64,000 nt of DNA, taken from positions 111,372 to 175,371 of the forward strand of contig JAWKUI010000009.1 of the NCBI GenBank assembly GCA_041398705.1, given 5' to 3'. Made by a program: the position numbers and the translations under genes. This document shows positions 17,732 through 26,248 of the stretch, piece by piece (within the stretch, counting starts at the first letter, position 1; every line of letters starts with the position of its first letter). A model generated the notes under the pieces. The model had not been told where the DNA came from. It searched no databases and worked only from the letters and a program-made list of their open reading frames with translations. This DNA comes from Planctomycetota bacterium (GTDB lineage: Bacteria > Planctomycetota > UBA1135 > GCA-002686595).

Positions 17732-18964
17732 CTAGAAGTACATGGTCATCTGGGCGTAGATCACCTCGCGGTCGTCTTCGTCACGGCCATAACCGAGCCA
17801 GCCGTGCACGCCTTCCGCCAGGGGGTACCCCACCATCGCATCCAACTCGTTGTTCTTGTTGCCCGCGGCATCGAAGTTCAAGAACGCCAAGTTGATGTCC
17901 AGCTTCTCGTTCGGCTCGATGTGCATGCCGAACTGGTTGGTGGCCAGGTCGCTGCGCCAGGCGCCGCCGAACTGGTGCAACAGACCCGCGGTGTTGAAGT
18001 CGCCGGGGTTGATGTGCATGGCCCCATCGGACTCGGTGCGGGTCAGGTGGATGCCCTTGACGGCCCCCCACATCTCGCTCGTGTCCTTGGAAAGCACGAT
18101 GCGGTAGGCATCGCGGGTCTCGTCGGTGGCGTCCACGTCGCGGCGCGCGTACTCGAGGTTCCAGTCGAACATCGACGGGTGTTCCTTCTGGGCGCCGATC
18201 GAGCCGTGCAGGGTCACCCCCATCCACGAGTCGTCGCTGGTGGCATCCCCATCGCCGGTGCCGAACAGCACCCAGGGTTCGATCGCCTGCAGCTCGTCGC
18301 TGCCCAGCCCGATGCGGCCGGTGGCGCCGACGAAGCGGGTGCCATCGGCGGCCGAGGTGACCGTGCCGTTGTTGTCGAAGCCGAAGAGCTCGACCGCGTG
18401 CTGGTCGTAGTGCTTGGAGATCCAAAGGCCCGTGCCGGCGGCCGGATACTGCAGGAAGTCGCAGGAACCGTAGACCAGACCGGAAGCCAGGGTGAAGTAG
18501 CTGCGGCCGACGCGCACGGTGGTGCCTTCGCCCAGCAGGTCATCAAGCAGCAGGTAGGCCTGGCCGATGCCGTTGTAGTTCACGCCGGGAGCCGCGTCGG
18601 AATAACCTTCCGAACCAGCCCAGGTCTCCGAGAAGTTGAACTGCACGTAGGCGCGGGCCTTCTCGTTGAGCACGTAGTCCATGTTGACCCGCGTGCGGCT
18701 GCTGATCTGGTCCGAGTCCGCGTAGGGCGTGCCGCTCGGCGAGTCGGCCATGCGGGCACGGAACCGGATGTCACCGGTCAAGGTCAGTTCGTTCGATCGC
18801 AGGATCAGGTTTTCGCTGATGTTGCCGATCTCGCTGGGCGGCGGAGCCAGGCTGAAGCACTGGGGGCTGCCGTTGTCATAGCCGCACTGGGCCAGGGCAT
18901 GGCCGGCGGTGAGGGAGCTGGCTGCAAGGACAGCCAGCAGGGAGCGCTGAGGAGTCAGAGTCAT
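17732..18964 (-). CDS. outer-membrane beta-barrel porin (putative)
   Basis: Start at ATG 18964 with signal peptide MTLTPQRSLLAVLAASSLTAGHALAQ. Alternating beta-strand-like sequence and a C-terminal 'YAQMTMYF' ending in Phe. Confidence 0.6.
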   Translation of the reverse strand: MTLTPQRSLLAVLAASSLTAGHALAQCGYDNGSPQCFSLAPPPSEIGNISENLILRSNELTLTGDIRFRARMADSPSGTPYADSDQISSRTRVNMDYVLNEKARAYVQFNFSETWAGSEGYSDAAPGVNYNGIGQAYLLLDDLLGEGTTVRVGRSYFTLASGLVYGSCDFLQYPAAGTGLWISKHYDQHAVELFGFDNNGTVTSAADGTRFVGATGRIGLGSDELQAIEPWVLFGTGDGDATSDDSWMGVTLHGSIGAQKEHPSMFDWNLEYARRDVDATDETRDAYRIVLSKDTSEMWGAVKGIHLTRTESDGAMHINPGDFNTAGLLHQFGGAWRSDLATNQFGMHIEPNEKLDINLAFLNFDAAGNKNNELDAMVGYPLAEGVHGWLGYGRDEDDREVIYAQMTMYF

Positions 18965-19372
18965 TTGGGGGGTCCTAAGAGGGTTGCGGACCCACCCGAC
19001 TCGGCTCAGGCCGTGGGTGCTAGCGTTGGCAGGAACGGGATTCCGCGTGGCCCCTGGGGTCGGACCGGAATCCAAGGGGAGTACGACCGCACCCCCTGCG
19101 TCCCCCGGGCCAAGCCTCGGGTCCGCAGTTCGTGTCGTCACCCGAATGGGCGACATTCATACATGGGTCGTTCCACGCCCCCGGAGCCTAATGAGGGCCT
19201 GCGGAATCGCGCAAGGGGTTTTCTGGGAGGGGGTTGGGGCCCCGGGGGCCCCAATCGGACCGTTTACACCCGCTTTTCGCCGGGATCAGGACCTGATCGA
19301 TGCAAAACGCGGGCAAGTTCCGGGAACCGCAGCGCCCGATTCGGCCCCCAAGCGGCCATAGGTCACTGCCCC

Positions 19373-20371
19373 ATGAAACACCCCCACCTCCGTGCAACGG
19401 TCGCGCCCCTGATGGGCGCTTTGGTTCTGATCGGCTTCAGCGCTTGCAACAAGGACAAGGGCCAGGCGGTCCCCACGGCCGCAGGCCCGCCCGATCTGCG
19501 GGCCCCCTTCCAGTCCTGGCCGAACTCCCCCGCCGCGCCCGTGGCCTCCACCCCGGAGATCGTCGCGCTCGGCGAACGGCTGTACCACGAGACGGCCCTG
19601 TCCAAGGGCGGTGACGTGTCCTGCGCCACCTGCCACGCGCTCGACAACTTCGGCCAGGACGGCAAGAAGGTGAGCTCGGGCACTTCCGGCCTGCTCGGCA
19701 AACGCAATGCGCCGACTTCGATCAATGCCTTCCGCCAGTTCGCGCAGTTCTGGGATGGGCGCGCCGACAGCGTCGAGACCCAGTCCACCATGCCGATGCT
19801 GACCGATGTCGAGCACGGTCTGGTGAGCGAAGATCAGATCGTCGAGATTCTGCAGGGGGTCGGCGACTACCCGGCGGCGTTTGCGAAGGCATTCGGGGCG
19901 TCGGATCAACTTGCGCTGACTGCCGACAACGTGCGGGCGGCCATCGGTGCCTTCGAACGCACCCTCGTCACCCACTCCCCCTTCGACGCCTGGCTCGATG
20001 GCGACGACAACGCCCTTTCCGCCGAGCAGAAGAAGGGTCTTGAGACCTTCGTCGCCAGCGGCTGCACCATGTGCCACTCCGGCCGCGCGGTTGGGGGCGG
20101 TATGTTCCAGAAGCTCGGACTCGTCAAAGCCGTTGAGACCGAGGATCTGGGCCGATTCCAGGTCACGGGCAACGAAGCGGACAAGTACATGTTCAAGGTG
20201 CCGACCCTGCTGAACATCGAGAGGACCGGTCCGTACATGCACGACGGGCGTTTTGACTCCCTGGAGGAGGCCATTCGGTTCATGGGTGATGTGCAACTCG
20301 GCAAGGCGCTCAGCGATGAAGATGTGAAGTCCATCGCGGTGTTCCTTGGCGCGCTGACCGGCACCCGCTGA
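19373..20371 (+). CDS. di-haem cytochrome c peroxidase (CCP/MauG family) lipoprotein
   Basis: Two CXXCH motifs ('CATCHALDNFGQDG' and 'CTMCHSG'), plus 'RNAPTSINA', 'FWDGRA', 'FKVPTLLNIERTGPYMHDGRF'. Lipobox 'LIGFSAC'. ATG 19373 lies within the long spurious ORF 17804..20371. Confidence 0.85.
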   Translation: MKHPHLRATVAPLMGALVLIGFSACNKDKGQAVPTAAGPPDLRAPFQSWPNSPAAPVASTPEIVALGERLYHETALSKGGDVSCATCHALDNFGQDGKKVSSGTSGLLGKRNAPTSINAFRQFAQFWDGRADSVETQSTMPMLTDVEHGLVSEDQIVEILQGVGDYPAAFAKAFGASDQLALTADNVRAAIGAFERTLVTHSPFDAWLDGDDNALSAEQKKGLETFVASGCTMCHSGRAVGGGMFQKLGLVKAVETEDLGRFQVTGNEADKYMFKVPTLLNIERTGPYMHDGRFDSLEEAIRFMGDVQLGKALSDEDVKSIAVFLGALTGTR

Positions 20372-20373
20372 TG

Positions 20374-20498
20374 CCGTTGGAATAACGTTACATACCGAAC
20401 CAGGTTCGATCAGTCCCACAATTCGCGGGGCGTGCTGCGCACGCCCGCGATTGTGGGACTGATCGAACCTGGTTCGGTATGTAACGTTATTCCAACGG
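20374..20498. repeat. 125-bp near-perfect palindromic element, copy 1
   Basis: ccgttggaataacgttacataccgaaccaggttcgatcagtcccacaattcgcggggcgtgc / tgc / gcacgcccgcgattgtgggactgatcgaacctggttcggtatgtaacgttattccaacgg. This gives a stem of about 60 bp with two single-nt bulges. It starts 2 nt after the ccp stop codon. Confidence 0.9.
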
Positions 20499-20580
20499 CG
20501 CCATGGCCTCCAATCATTGAACCAGCGACAACTTCGAACGTTCCACCGGGAGCATCCCCTAGGCCTCCGCTGATTCGCAC

Positions 20581-21795
20581 ATGCACCGCAAGAAACGAGT
20601 TCCAACCAAGCCCAGGAGCCCCATCCCCTTGGGTGCAAGGCCCTTGGCAATCCACCTTAGCCTGGCCGCATTCCTGCTTTCCCCGGTACGCGCCTGGCAA
20701 GACCCGGAACCCAAAGAGCTGTGCCGAGAATTCCACGTCGAGCTGCTGGCGGAAAACGGAAGGCCTCTTTTTCCGACAAGCAACGCTCGGAATGTGCCAA
20801 AGTTCATCCGGGAGGGATTCACAAAGCTGCCTCCCCCCTACGTCCGGCTCTTCGAGGAATTGCATCCGGACGCTGAGGCCAAAGTCGCCTGGCACGACTC
20901 CGGCACGTACATCCTGCGGGTTCAGGGCAGTGGCCGCCGTTGGATCTCCGTGCTCGCCCCCGGGTTTGATCCGGCGCCTTTTGCCGTGGACATTCCCGAG
21001 CAAGGGCCGATACCTTGCATCGAACTCAAACAGCGGCCCCATTTGCGCACGGTACCGGTCCATTTGGACGTGTGGGTGCACGCCACGCAGGCAGATCTGG
21101 AAGCCGATCATCCTCAGGACGCCCCGTCGCAAAGCTCAAGGACACGCCCAGGCAACCGCTGGAGCGTGTACTTTCAAGAAGCGACGAGCGGCCTCCCGAT
21201 GGGAGAGATCCGGGTGCCGGTGCCCGGAACCACCGTTGACCTACCACCGGGTCGATACCTCCTCGAGTCCCGTCGTTATGCTCCATCAATTCTGTGCGGG
21301 CAGAGCAATCTTCCCCATGGGCATGGGCCATGGCTTCCCGGAATCCAGGAGTTCGAAGTCCTTCCGGGTACTCCGATCACCCTGTACCTGTACGCTGTGC
21401 GCGGCGGGCAGATTCGGCTTCGACTTGAAGGAGACCTGGGGGCCCCAGCCGATGGCCCGGCCATCCCTACCGAGGATTTCGTCCGGTTCGGCTCCAGTTG
21501 CGAAACAAGGGTCGATGCCTCCACTCACGCACGAGTCGAACTGATTGGCGACCCCTTCGGGCCGATTTACCCCGTTTGGTGCGTACAAGGCGAGGATGAC
21601 CGCTCGACGGCATCCCTGGACTATGGAGACAGAGGAATCCGGCGCCTTTGGCCTTTGAACGACGCTGCGCTGCTCAGCCACCACGTGCGGCCCGGGTTCT
21701 ACACGTTGAAGGTGACGTTGGCTTCAGGGTTCACGAAGGCGGTGCCGGTGGAGGTGAGGAGTGGGCAGGTCACTCCGGTCGAGGTCCGGTGGTAG
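20581..21795 (+). CDS. hypothetical secreted protein, paralog of 11722..12921, bracketed by the palindromic elements
   Basis: ATG 20581 with a basic N-terminus and hydrophobic segment (LAIHLSLAAFLLSPVRAWQ). Paralogy motifs as noted for 11722..12921. Chosen over the overlapping ORF 20432..21544. Confidence 0.55.
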   Translation: MHRKKRVPTKPRSPIPLGARPLAIHLSLAAFLLSPVRAWQDPEPKELCREFHVELLAENGRPLFPTSNARNVPKFIREGFTKLPPPYVRLFEELHPDAEAKVAWHDSGTYILRVQGSGRRWISVLAPGFDPAPFAVDIPEQGPIPCIELKQRPHLRTVPVHLDVWVHATQADLEADHPQDAPSQSSRTRPGNRWSVYFQEATSGLPMGEIRVPVPGTTVDLPPGRYLLESRRYAPSILCGQSNLPHGHGPWLPGIQEFEVLPGTPITLYLYAVRGGQIRLRLEGDLGAPADGPAIPTEDFVRFGSSCETRVDASTHARVELIGDPFGPIYPVWCVQGEDDRSTASLDYGDRGIRRLWPLNDAALLSHHVRPGFYTLKVTLASGFTKAVPVEVRSGQVTPVEVRW

Positions 21796-21799
21796 TGGG

Positions 21800-21923
21800 C
21801 CGTTGGAATAACGTTACATACCGAACCAGGTTCGATCAGTCCCACAATTCGCGGGGCGTGCGCAGCGCGCCCCGCGGATGTGGGCTGATCGACCTGGTTC
21901 GGTATGTAACGTTATTCCAACGG
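21800..21923. repeat. 124-bp palindromic element, copy 2
   Basis: The first 62 nt are identical to copy 1. The right arm is diverged (gggctgatcgacctgg versus gggactgatcgaacctgg). It starts 4 nt after the stop of 20581..21795 and lies 27 nt beyond the glyQS stop on the other strand. Both copies are followed by NNccatggcc. Confidence 0.9.
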
Positions 21924-21950
21924 GGCCATGGCCGGCCATCCACAGCAGGG

Positions 21951-23303
21951 TTACTGCGGCCGCTTCCAGTTGCCCTTGGACTCGTTCAGGTAGGTCACGA
22001 GCTCCGCGACCGGCACCGTTTCCTGCTCCATCGAATCGCGGTGGCGCACGGTGACGATGTCCTTGGCCAGGGTTTCCCCGTCCACGGTAATGCAGAACGG
22101 CGTGCCGACTTCATCCTGGCGGCGATAGCGACGGCCAATGGCCGCCTTGTCGTCGTAGAAGGTGCTGAGGCGGGCCTTGCGCAGGGTGGCGGCGATTTCG
22201 CGGGCCTTTTCGGGCATGCCTTCCTTGTTGACGAGCGGGAAGACGCCGGCGGTGATCGGGGCGATCTCGGGGTGGAAGTGCAGCACCACGCGCGTGTCCT
22301 TCTCGAGCTGCTGCTCCTCGTACGCGTCGATCATGAAAGTCAGCGCCATGCGGTTGATGCCGCCGGCGGGTTCGATCACGTAGGGCGTGTACTTCTCCTT
22401 GGTCTGCGGATCGAAGTACACCAGGTTTTCACCGGTCGCTTCGCTGTGGCGCGACAAGTCGAAGTCCGTGCGGTTCGCGATGCCTTCGAGCTCGCCCCAG
22501 CCGAACGGGTAGAGGTATTCCACGTCGCTGGTCGCCTTGGCGTAGTGCGCCAGTTCCTTCGGATCGTGGGCGCGCAGGCGCAGCTTGTCGGGGTTGATGC
22601 CGTAGTCCTTGTACCACTGGAAGCGCGTTTGGCACCAGTGATCGAACCACTGCTCGTCCTCGGTCGGCGGCACGAAGAACTCCATCTCGGCCTGTTCGAA
22701 TTCGCGGGTGCGGAAGACGAAGTTGCCGGGGGTGATCTCGTTGCGGAAGGACTTGCCGATCTGCGCGATGCCGAAGGGCGGCTTGAGGCGCGCCGACTCC
22801 ATCACGTTCTTGAAGTTCAGGAAGATGCCCTGGGCGGTTTCCGGACGCAGGTAGGCGATCGAGGAGCTGCCCTCCATGGCCCCCACCTGGGTCTTGAACA
22901 TCAGGTTGAACTCGCGAGGTTCGGTCAGCTCGCCGTCGCACTGGCCCGGGCACTTGCTCGGCTTCATCGGGCAGCGCGCGTCTTCAAGCTTGTCCGCCCG
23001 GAAGCGCCCCTTGCAGGTCTTGCAGTCGACCATCGGGTCGGAGAAGCCGCCCACGTGGCCGGAGGTCTCCCAGACCTTGGGGTGCTGGATGATGGCGGAG
23101 TCCAGGCCCACCACATCGGCGCGCTCGGTGACCATCGCCCCCCACCAGGCCTCCTTGACCCGGCGCAGCAGCTCGACCCCAAGGGGGCCGTAGTCGTAGG
23201 TGTTGCCCATGCCCCCGTAGATCTCGGAGGCTTGGAAGATGAACCCCCGGCGTTTGCACAGGGAGACGATCGAGTCCATCAAGGAGGGCGGTTGTTTGGC
23301 CAT
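21951..23303 (-). CDS. glyQS: glycine--tRNA ligase (class II, alpha2 type)
   Basis: 'IVSLCKRRGFIFQASEIYGG..NTYDYGPLG', 'GKSFRNEITPGNFVFRTREFEQAEMEFF', 'IEPAGGINRM', and an anticodon-binding C-terminus 'RRYRRQDEVGTPFCITVD'. Confidence 0.92.
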   Translation of the reverse strand: MAKQPPSLMDSIVSLCKRRGFIFQASEIYGGMGNTYDYGPLGVELLRRVKEAWWGAMVTERADVVGLDSAIIQHPKVWETSGHVGGFSDPMVDCKTCKGRFRADKLEDARCPMKPSKCPGQCDGELTEPREFNLMFKTQVGAMEGSSSIAYLRPETAQGIFLNFKNVMESARLKPPFGIAQIGKSFRNEITPGNFVFRTREFEQAEMEFFVPPTEDEQWFDHWCQTRFQWYKDYGINPDKLRLRAHDPKELAHYAKATSDVEYLYPFGWGELEGIANRTDFDLSRHSEATGENLVYFDPQTKEKYTPYVIEPAGGINRMALTFMIDAYEEQQLEKDTRVVLHFHPEIAPITAGVFPLVNKEGMPEKAREIAATLRKARLSTFYDDKAAIGRRYRRQDEVGTPFCITVDGETLAKDIVTVRHRDSMEQETVPVAELVTYLNESKGNWKRPQ

Positions 23304-23523
23304 GGCTGGGGTCCGGGACGTTGGTTTGCGTCAGGGGCGTGCCATCCTAGCGCGGCGGCCCGGCGAGATCAGGTCCCAGGCGCCCGAAGTCGCGGCCACC
23401 GGGCGACTTTCGGCCGGTCCGGGCGTCTCGGAGTGCGCGGATCCGGCCCCCCCGTGGATCCGGCCAGGAGGACCCGCCGAGCGGGGTACGAATGCACCGC
23501 AATCCGGGCTACACTGCCCGATC

Positions 23524-24786
23524 ATGGTGCCCCCCACGACCCAACTGAAGCCGGCCCGCACCTGGCGGGCGCCCCTGGTCTCCTCCGCCCAGCAGGGCCC
23601 GATCCGCGAGGAACTCGACCGCCTCGAACAGCTCGTGCTGGACGGCGGTCGGCTCTCGCCCGAAGAGGCCCTCTTCTTGCACGCCAAAGCCGACCTGCTC
23701 GGCCTGGCGCGCATGGCGACGGCGGTGCGCGAGCGCCTCAACCCGGACGCGATCGTCACCTACATCGTCGACCGCAACCTGAACCCCACCAACGTCTGCG
23801 TCACCGACTGCGGGTTCTGCGCGTTCTACCGCTCGCCGGGCCACCGCGAGGCCTACGTGCTGAGCCGCGACGAGATCTACAAGAAGGTCGAGGAGACCGT
23901 GCGCCTGGGTGGGCAGCAACTCCTGATGCAGGGCGGCCACCACCCGAACGTGCTCAGCGATTGGTGGTGCGAGCTGATCCGCGACATCAAGGCGCGCTTC
24001 GACATCAACTGCCACGCCCTCTCCGCCCCCGAGATCGAACACTTCGCCCGCATGGAGAAGCGCCCGATCGAGGCCGTGGTTCAGGATCTCGTGGAAGCCG
24101 GCCTGGGGTCCCTACCGGGCGCCGGGGCCGAGATGCTGGTCGAGCGGGTGCGCGAGATCATCGCCCCGAAGAAGACGCACACCGACGACTGGCTCGACGT
24201 GCACCGCAAGGTGCACCAGGCGGGGCTGCGCAGCTCGGCCACGATGATGTACGGCAACGTCGAAACGATCCCCGAGCGCATCGAACACCTGGTGCGCCTG
24301 CGCGATCTGCAGGACGAAACGGGGGGGTTCACGGCCTTCGCCTGCTGGAATACCCAGCCCGAGGGCGTGCCCGACGAAGCGAGTTTCCCGCGCAAGACCA
24401 CCCCGGCGGAGTACCTGCGCATGCAGGCCATCGCGCGCATCTTCCTGGACAACTTCCAGCACATGCAGACCAGCTACGTGACCCAGGGCATGAAGCTGTC
24501 CCAGGTTTCCTTGATGTACGGCTGCGACGATTTCGGCGGCACGATGCTCGAGGAGAACGTCGTCAGCGCGGCCGGCTGTTTCCATCTGGAATCGATCCAG
24601 ACGATCGAACGCATGATCACCCGCGCCGGCTACCGCCCGCTGCAGCGCAACTCCTGGTACGGCATCGTCGACCCGCGCTGGGAGGGCGACACCTGGCCCA
24701 GCCGCCGGGAAGAGTCCGCCACCCACGCCGCCGCGCCCAAGGCCTGGCGCGACATCGCCACCGCCAGCCGTCCCCAAACCGCCTGA
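23524..24786 (+). CDS. mqnC: radical-SAM cyclic dehypoxanthinyl futalosine synthase (MqnC-type)
   Basis: 'VTYIVDRNLNPTNVCVTDCGFCAFYR' (CxxxCxxC), 'LLMQGGHHPN', 'ERIEHLVRLRDLQDETGGFTAF', 'IARIFLDNFQHMQTSYVTQG...GCDDFGGTMLEENVVSAAG'. The MqnC-versus-MqnE assignment rests on remembered family patterns. Confidence 0.75.
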   Translation: MVPPTTQLKPARTWRAPLVSSAQQGPIREELDRLEQLVLDGGRLSPEEALFLHAKADLLGLARMATAVRERLNPDAIVTYIVDRNLNPTNVCVTDCGFCAFYRSPGHREAYVLSRDEIYKKVEETVRLGGQQLLMQGGHHPNVLSDWWCELIRDIKARFDINCHALSAPEIEHFARMEKRPIEAVVQDLVEAGLGSLPGAGAEMLVERVREIIAPKKTHTDDWLDVHRKVHQAGLRSSATMMYGNVETIPERIEHLVRLRDLQDETGGFTAFACWNTQPEGVPDEASFPRKTTPAEYLRMQAIARIFLDNFQHMQTSYVTQGMKLSQVSLMYGCDDFGGTMLEENVVSAAGCFHLESIQTIERMITRAGYRPLQRNSWYGIVDPRWEGDTWPSRREESATHAAAPKAWRDIATASRPQTA

Positions 24787-24790
24787 TCCC

Positions 24791-25936
24791 ATGGTCCTGC
24801 CCACCCAAGTAGAGCGCCGCATCGAACGCGCCGGCCTGGCGAAGATCCGCGACAAGGTCGTGGCCGGCGAACGGCTTTCCTTCGACGAGGGCGTGACCCT
24901 CTACCGCTCTCCCGACCTGCACGCGATCGGCGCGCTGGCGAACTTCGTGCGCGAGCGCAAACACGGCGACCGCACCTTCTTCAACGTCAACCAGCACATC
25001 AACTACACCAACGTGTGCAACAAGTTGTGCCGGTTCTGCTCGTTCCAGCGCCTTCCCAAGCAGGAGGGCGCCTACGTGATGCGGCCCGAGGAGGTCGCGC
25101 AGAAGATCCGCGAACAGCTGCACGAGCCGGTGACCGAGGTGCACGTGGTCGGCGGCGTCTATCCGCGCCTGCCCTACTCGTACTACATCGACATCCTGCA
25201 GGCGATCAAGCGCGAACGTCCGTCGATCCACATCAAGGCCTTCACGATGGTCGAACTGATGCAGATCGCGAAGCTGGCGGGCAAACCCCTTGCCGAGGTG
25301 CTGCCCGAGCTGGTGGCAGCGGGCCTGGGCTCCTGCCCCGGCGGTGGCGCCGAAGTGTTCGCCGAGCGCGTGCACAAGGAGGGGTACCACGTCAAGAACA
25401 CCGGCGACCAGTGGCTCGATGCCGCGCGCACCGTGCACAACGCGGGGCTCAAGAGCAACTGCACGATGCTGCACGGCCACATCGAGACGATCGAAGAGCG
25501 GGTCGACCACCTCAACCGCCTGCGCCTCCTGCAGGACGAAACCGGCGGCTTCCAGGCCTACATCCCGCTTTCGTTCCACAACGAGGGCAACGAGTGGTCG
25601 CACCTCCCGTCCCCCACGGGCCTCGACGAACTGCGCGAGATCGCGGTGGCGCGCCTCTTGCTCGACAACATCGAGCACATCAAAGCCTACTGGATCATGC
25701 TGGGCATCCCGATCGCCCAGACGGCCCTGTGTTACGGCGCGAACGATGTGGACGGCACCGTGGTCGAAGAGAAGATCTACCACGAAGCCGGCGCCACCAC
25801 GCCCCAGGCCGTGGAACGCGAGGAACTGATCCGCTGGATCCGCGACGCGGGCCGGATCCCGGTCGAACGCAACACGATCTACGAAGTGATCTGGAGCGAG
25901 AGCGAAGCGGAACGCGCGTTGCCGGCCGGGGTCTGA
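24791..25936 (+). CDS. mqnE: radical-SAM aminofutalosine synthase (MqnE-type)
   Basis: 'VNQHINYTNVCNKLCRFCSF', 'EVHVVGGVYP', 'HIKAFTMVE', 'GGGAEVFAERV', 'TMLHGHIETIEERVDHLNRLRLLQDETGGFQAYIPLSF'. Confidence 0.75.
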   Translation: MVLPTQVERRIERAGLAKIRDKVVAGERLSFDEGVTLYRSPDLHAIGALANFVRERKHGDRTFFNVNQHINYTNVCNKLCRFCSFQRLPKQEGAYVMRPEEVAQKIREQLHEPVTEVHVVGGVYPRLPYSYYIDILQAIKRERPSIHIKAFTMVELMQIAKLAGKPLAEVLPELVAAGLGSCPGGGAEVFAERVHKEGYHVKNTGDQWLDAARTVHNAGLKSNCTMLHGHIETIEERVDHLNRLRLLQDETGGFQAYIPLSFHNEGNEWSHLPSPTGLDELREIAVARLLLDNIEHIKAYWIMLGIPIAQTALCYGANDVDGTVVEEKIYHEAGATTPQAVEREELIRWIRDAGRIPVERNTIYEVIWSESEAERALPAGV

Positions 25937-26248
25937 GACCGCTGGCGGCCTTGGGACTGCGCGCTGACCGGCCGTAACCCCGGCCCCACCGCGCGTGGGC
26001 ACCGCCGCCTCCGATGACGGTCCGAATCCGGAACCATCCGGTAATCCAGACTCCGACCTTTGCCCTGGACAAACAGCGCGCTTCCGCATCGGTCCCGCGC
26101 AGAGTCACGGGGCGCTTCGCCCGCCGGTCCGGCCCACTCGCGCGCCCGCGGCCGTGGGCCGTGTAGGGTTCCCGTAACTTCCGGGAAGACTCCCGTTTTG
26201 CGCCCAGGCAGCCGTACGATAGGAGAGGGAACGCCCGCTGTCTGCCCC

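Noticed and set aside
20374-21923. The two palindromic repeats considered as a CRISPR array.
   Set aside because: There are only two copies, each about 125 bp and fully self-complementary. They are separated by 1.3 kb of coding sequence, and no cas genes are present. This is not CRISPR architecture.
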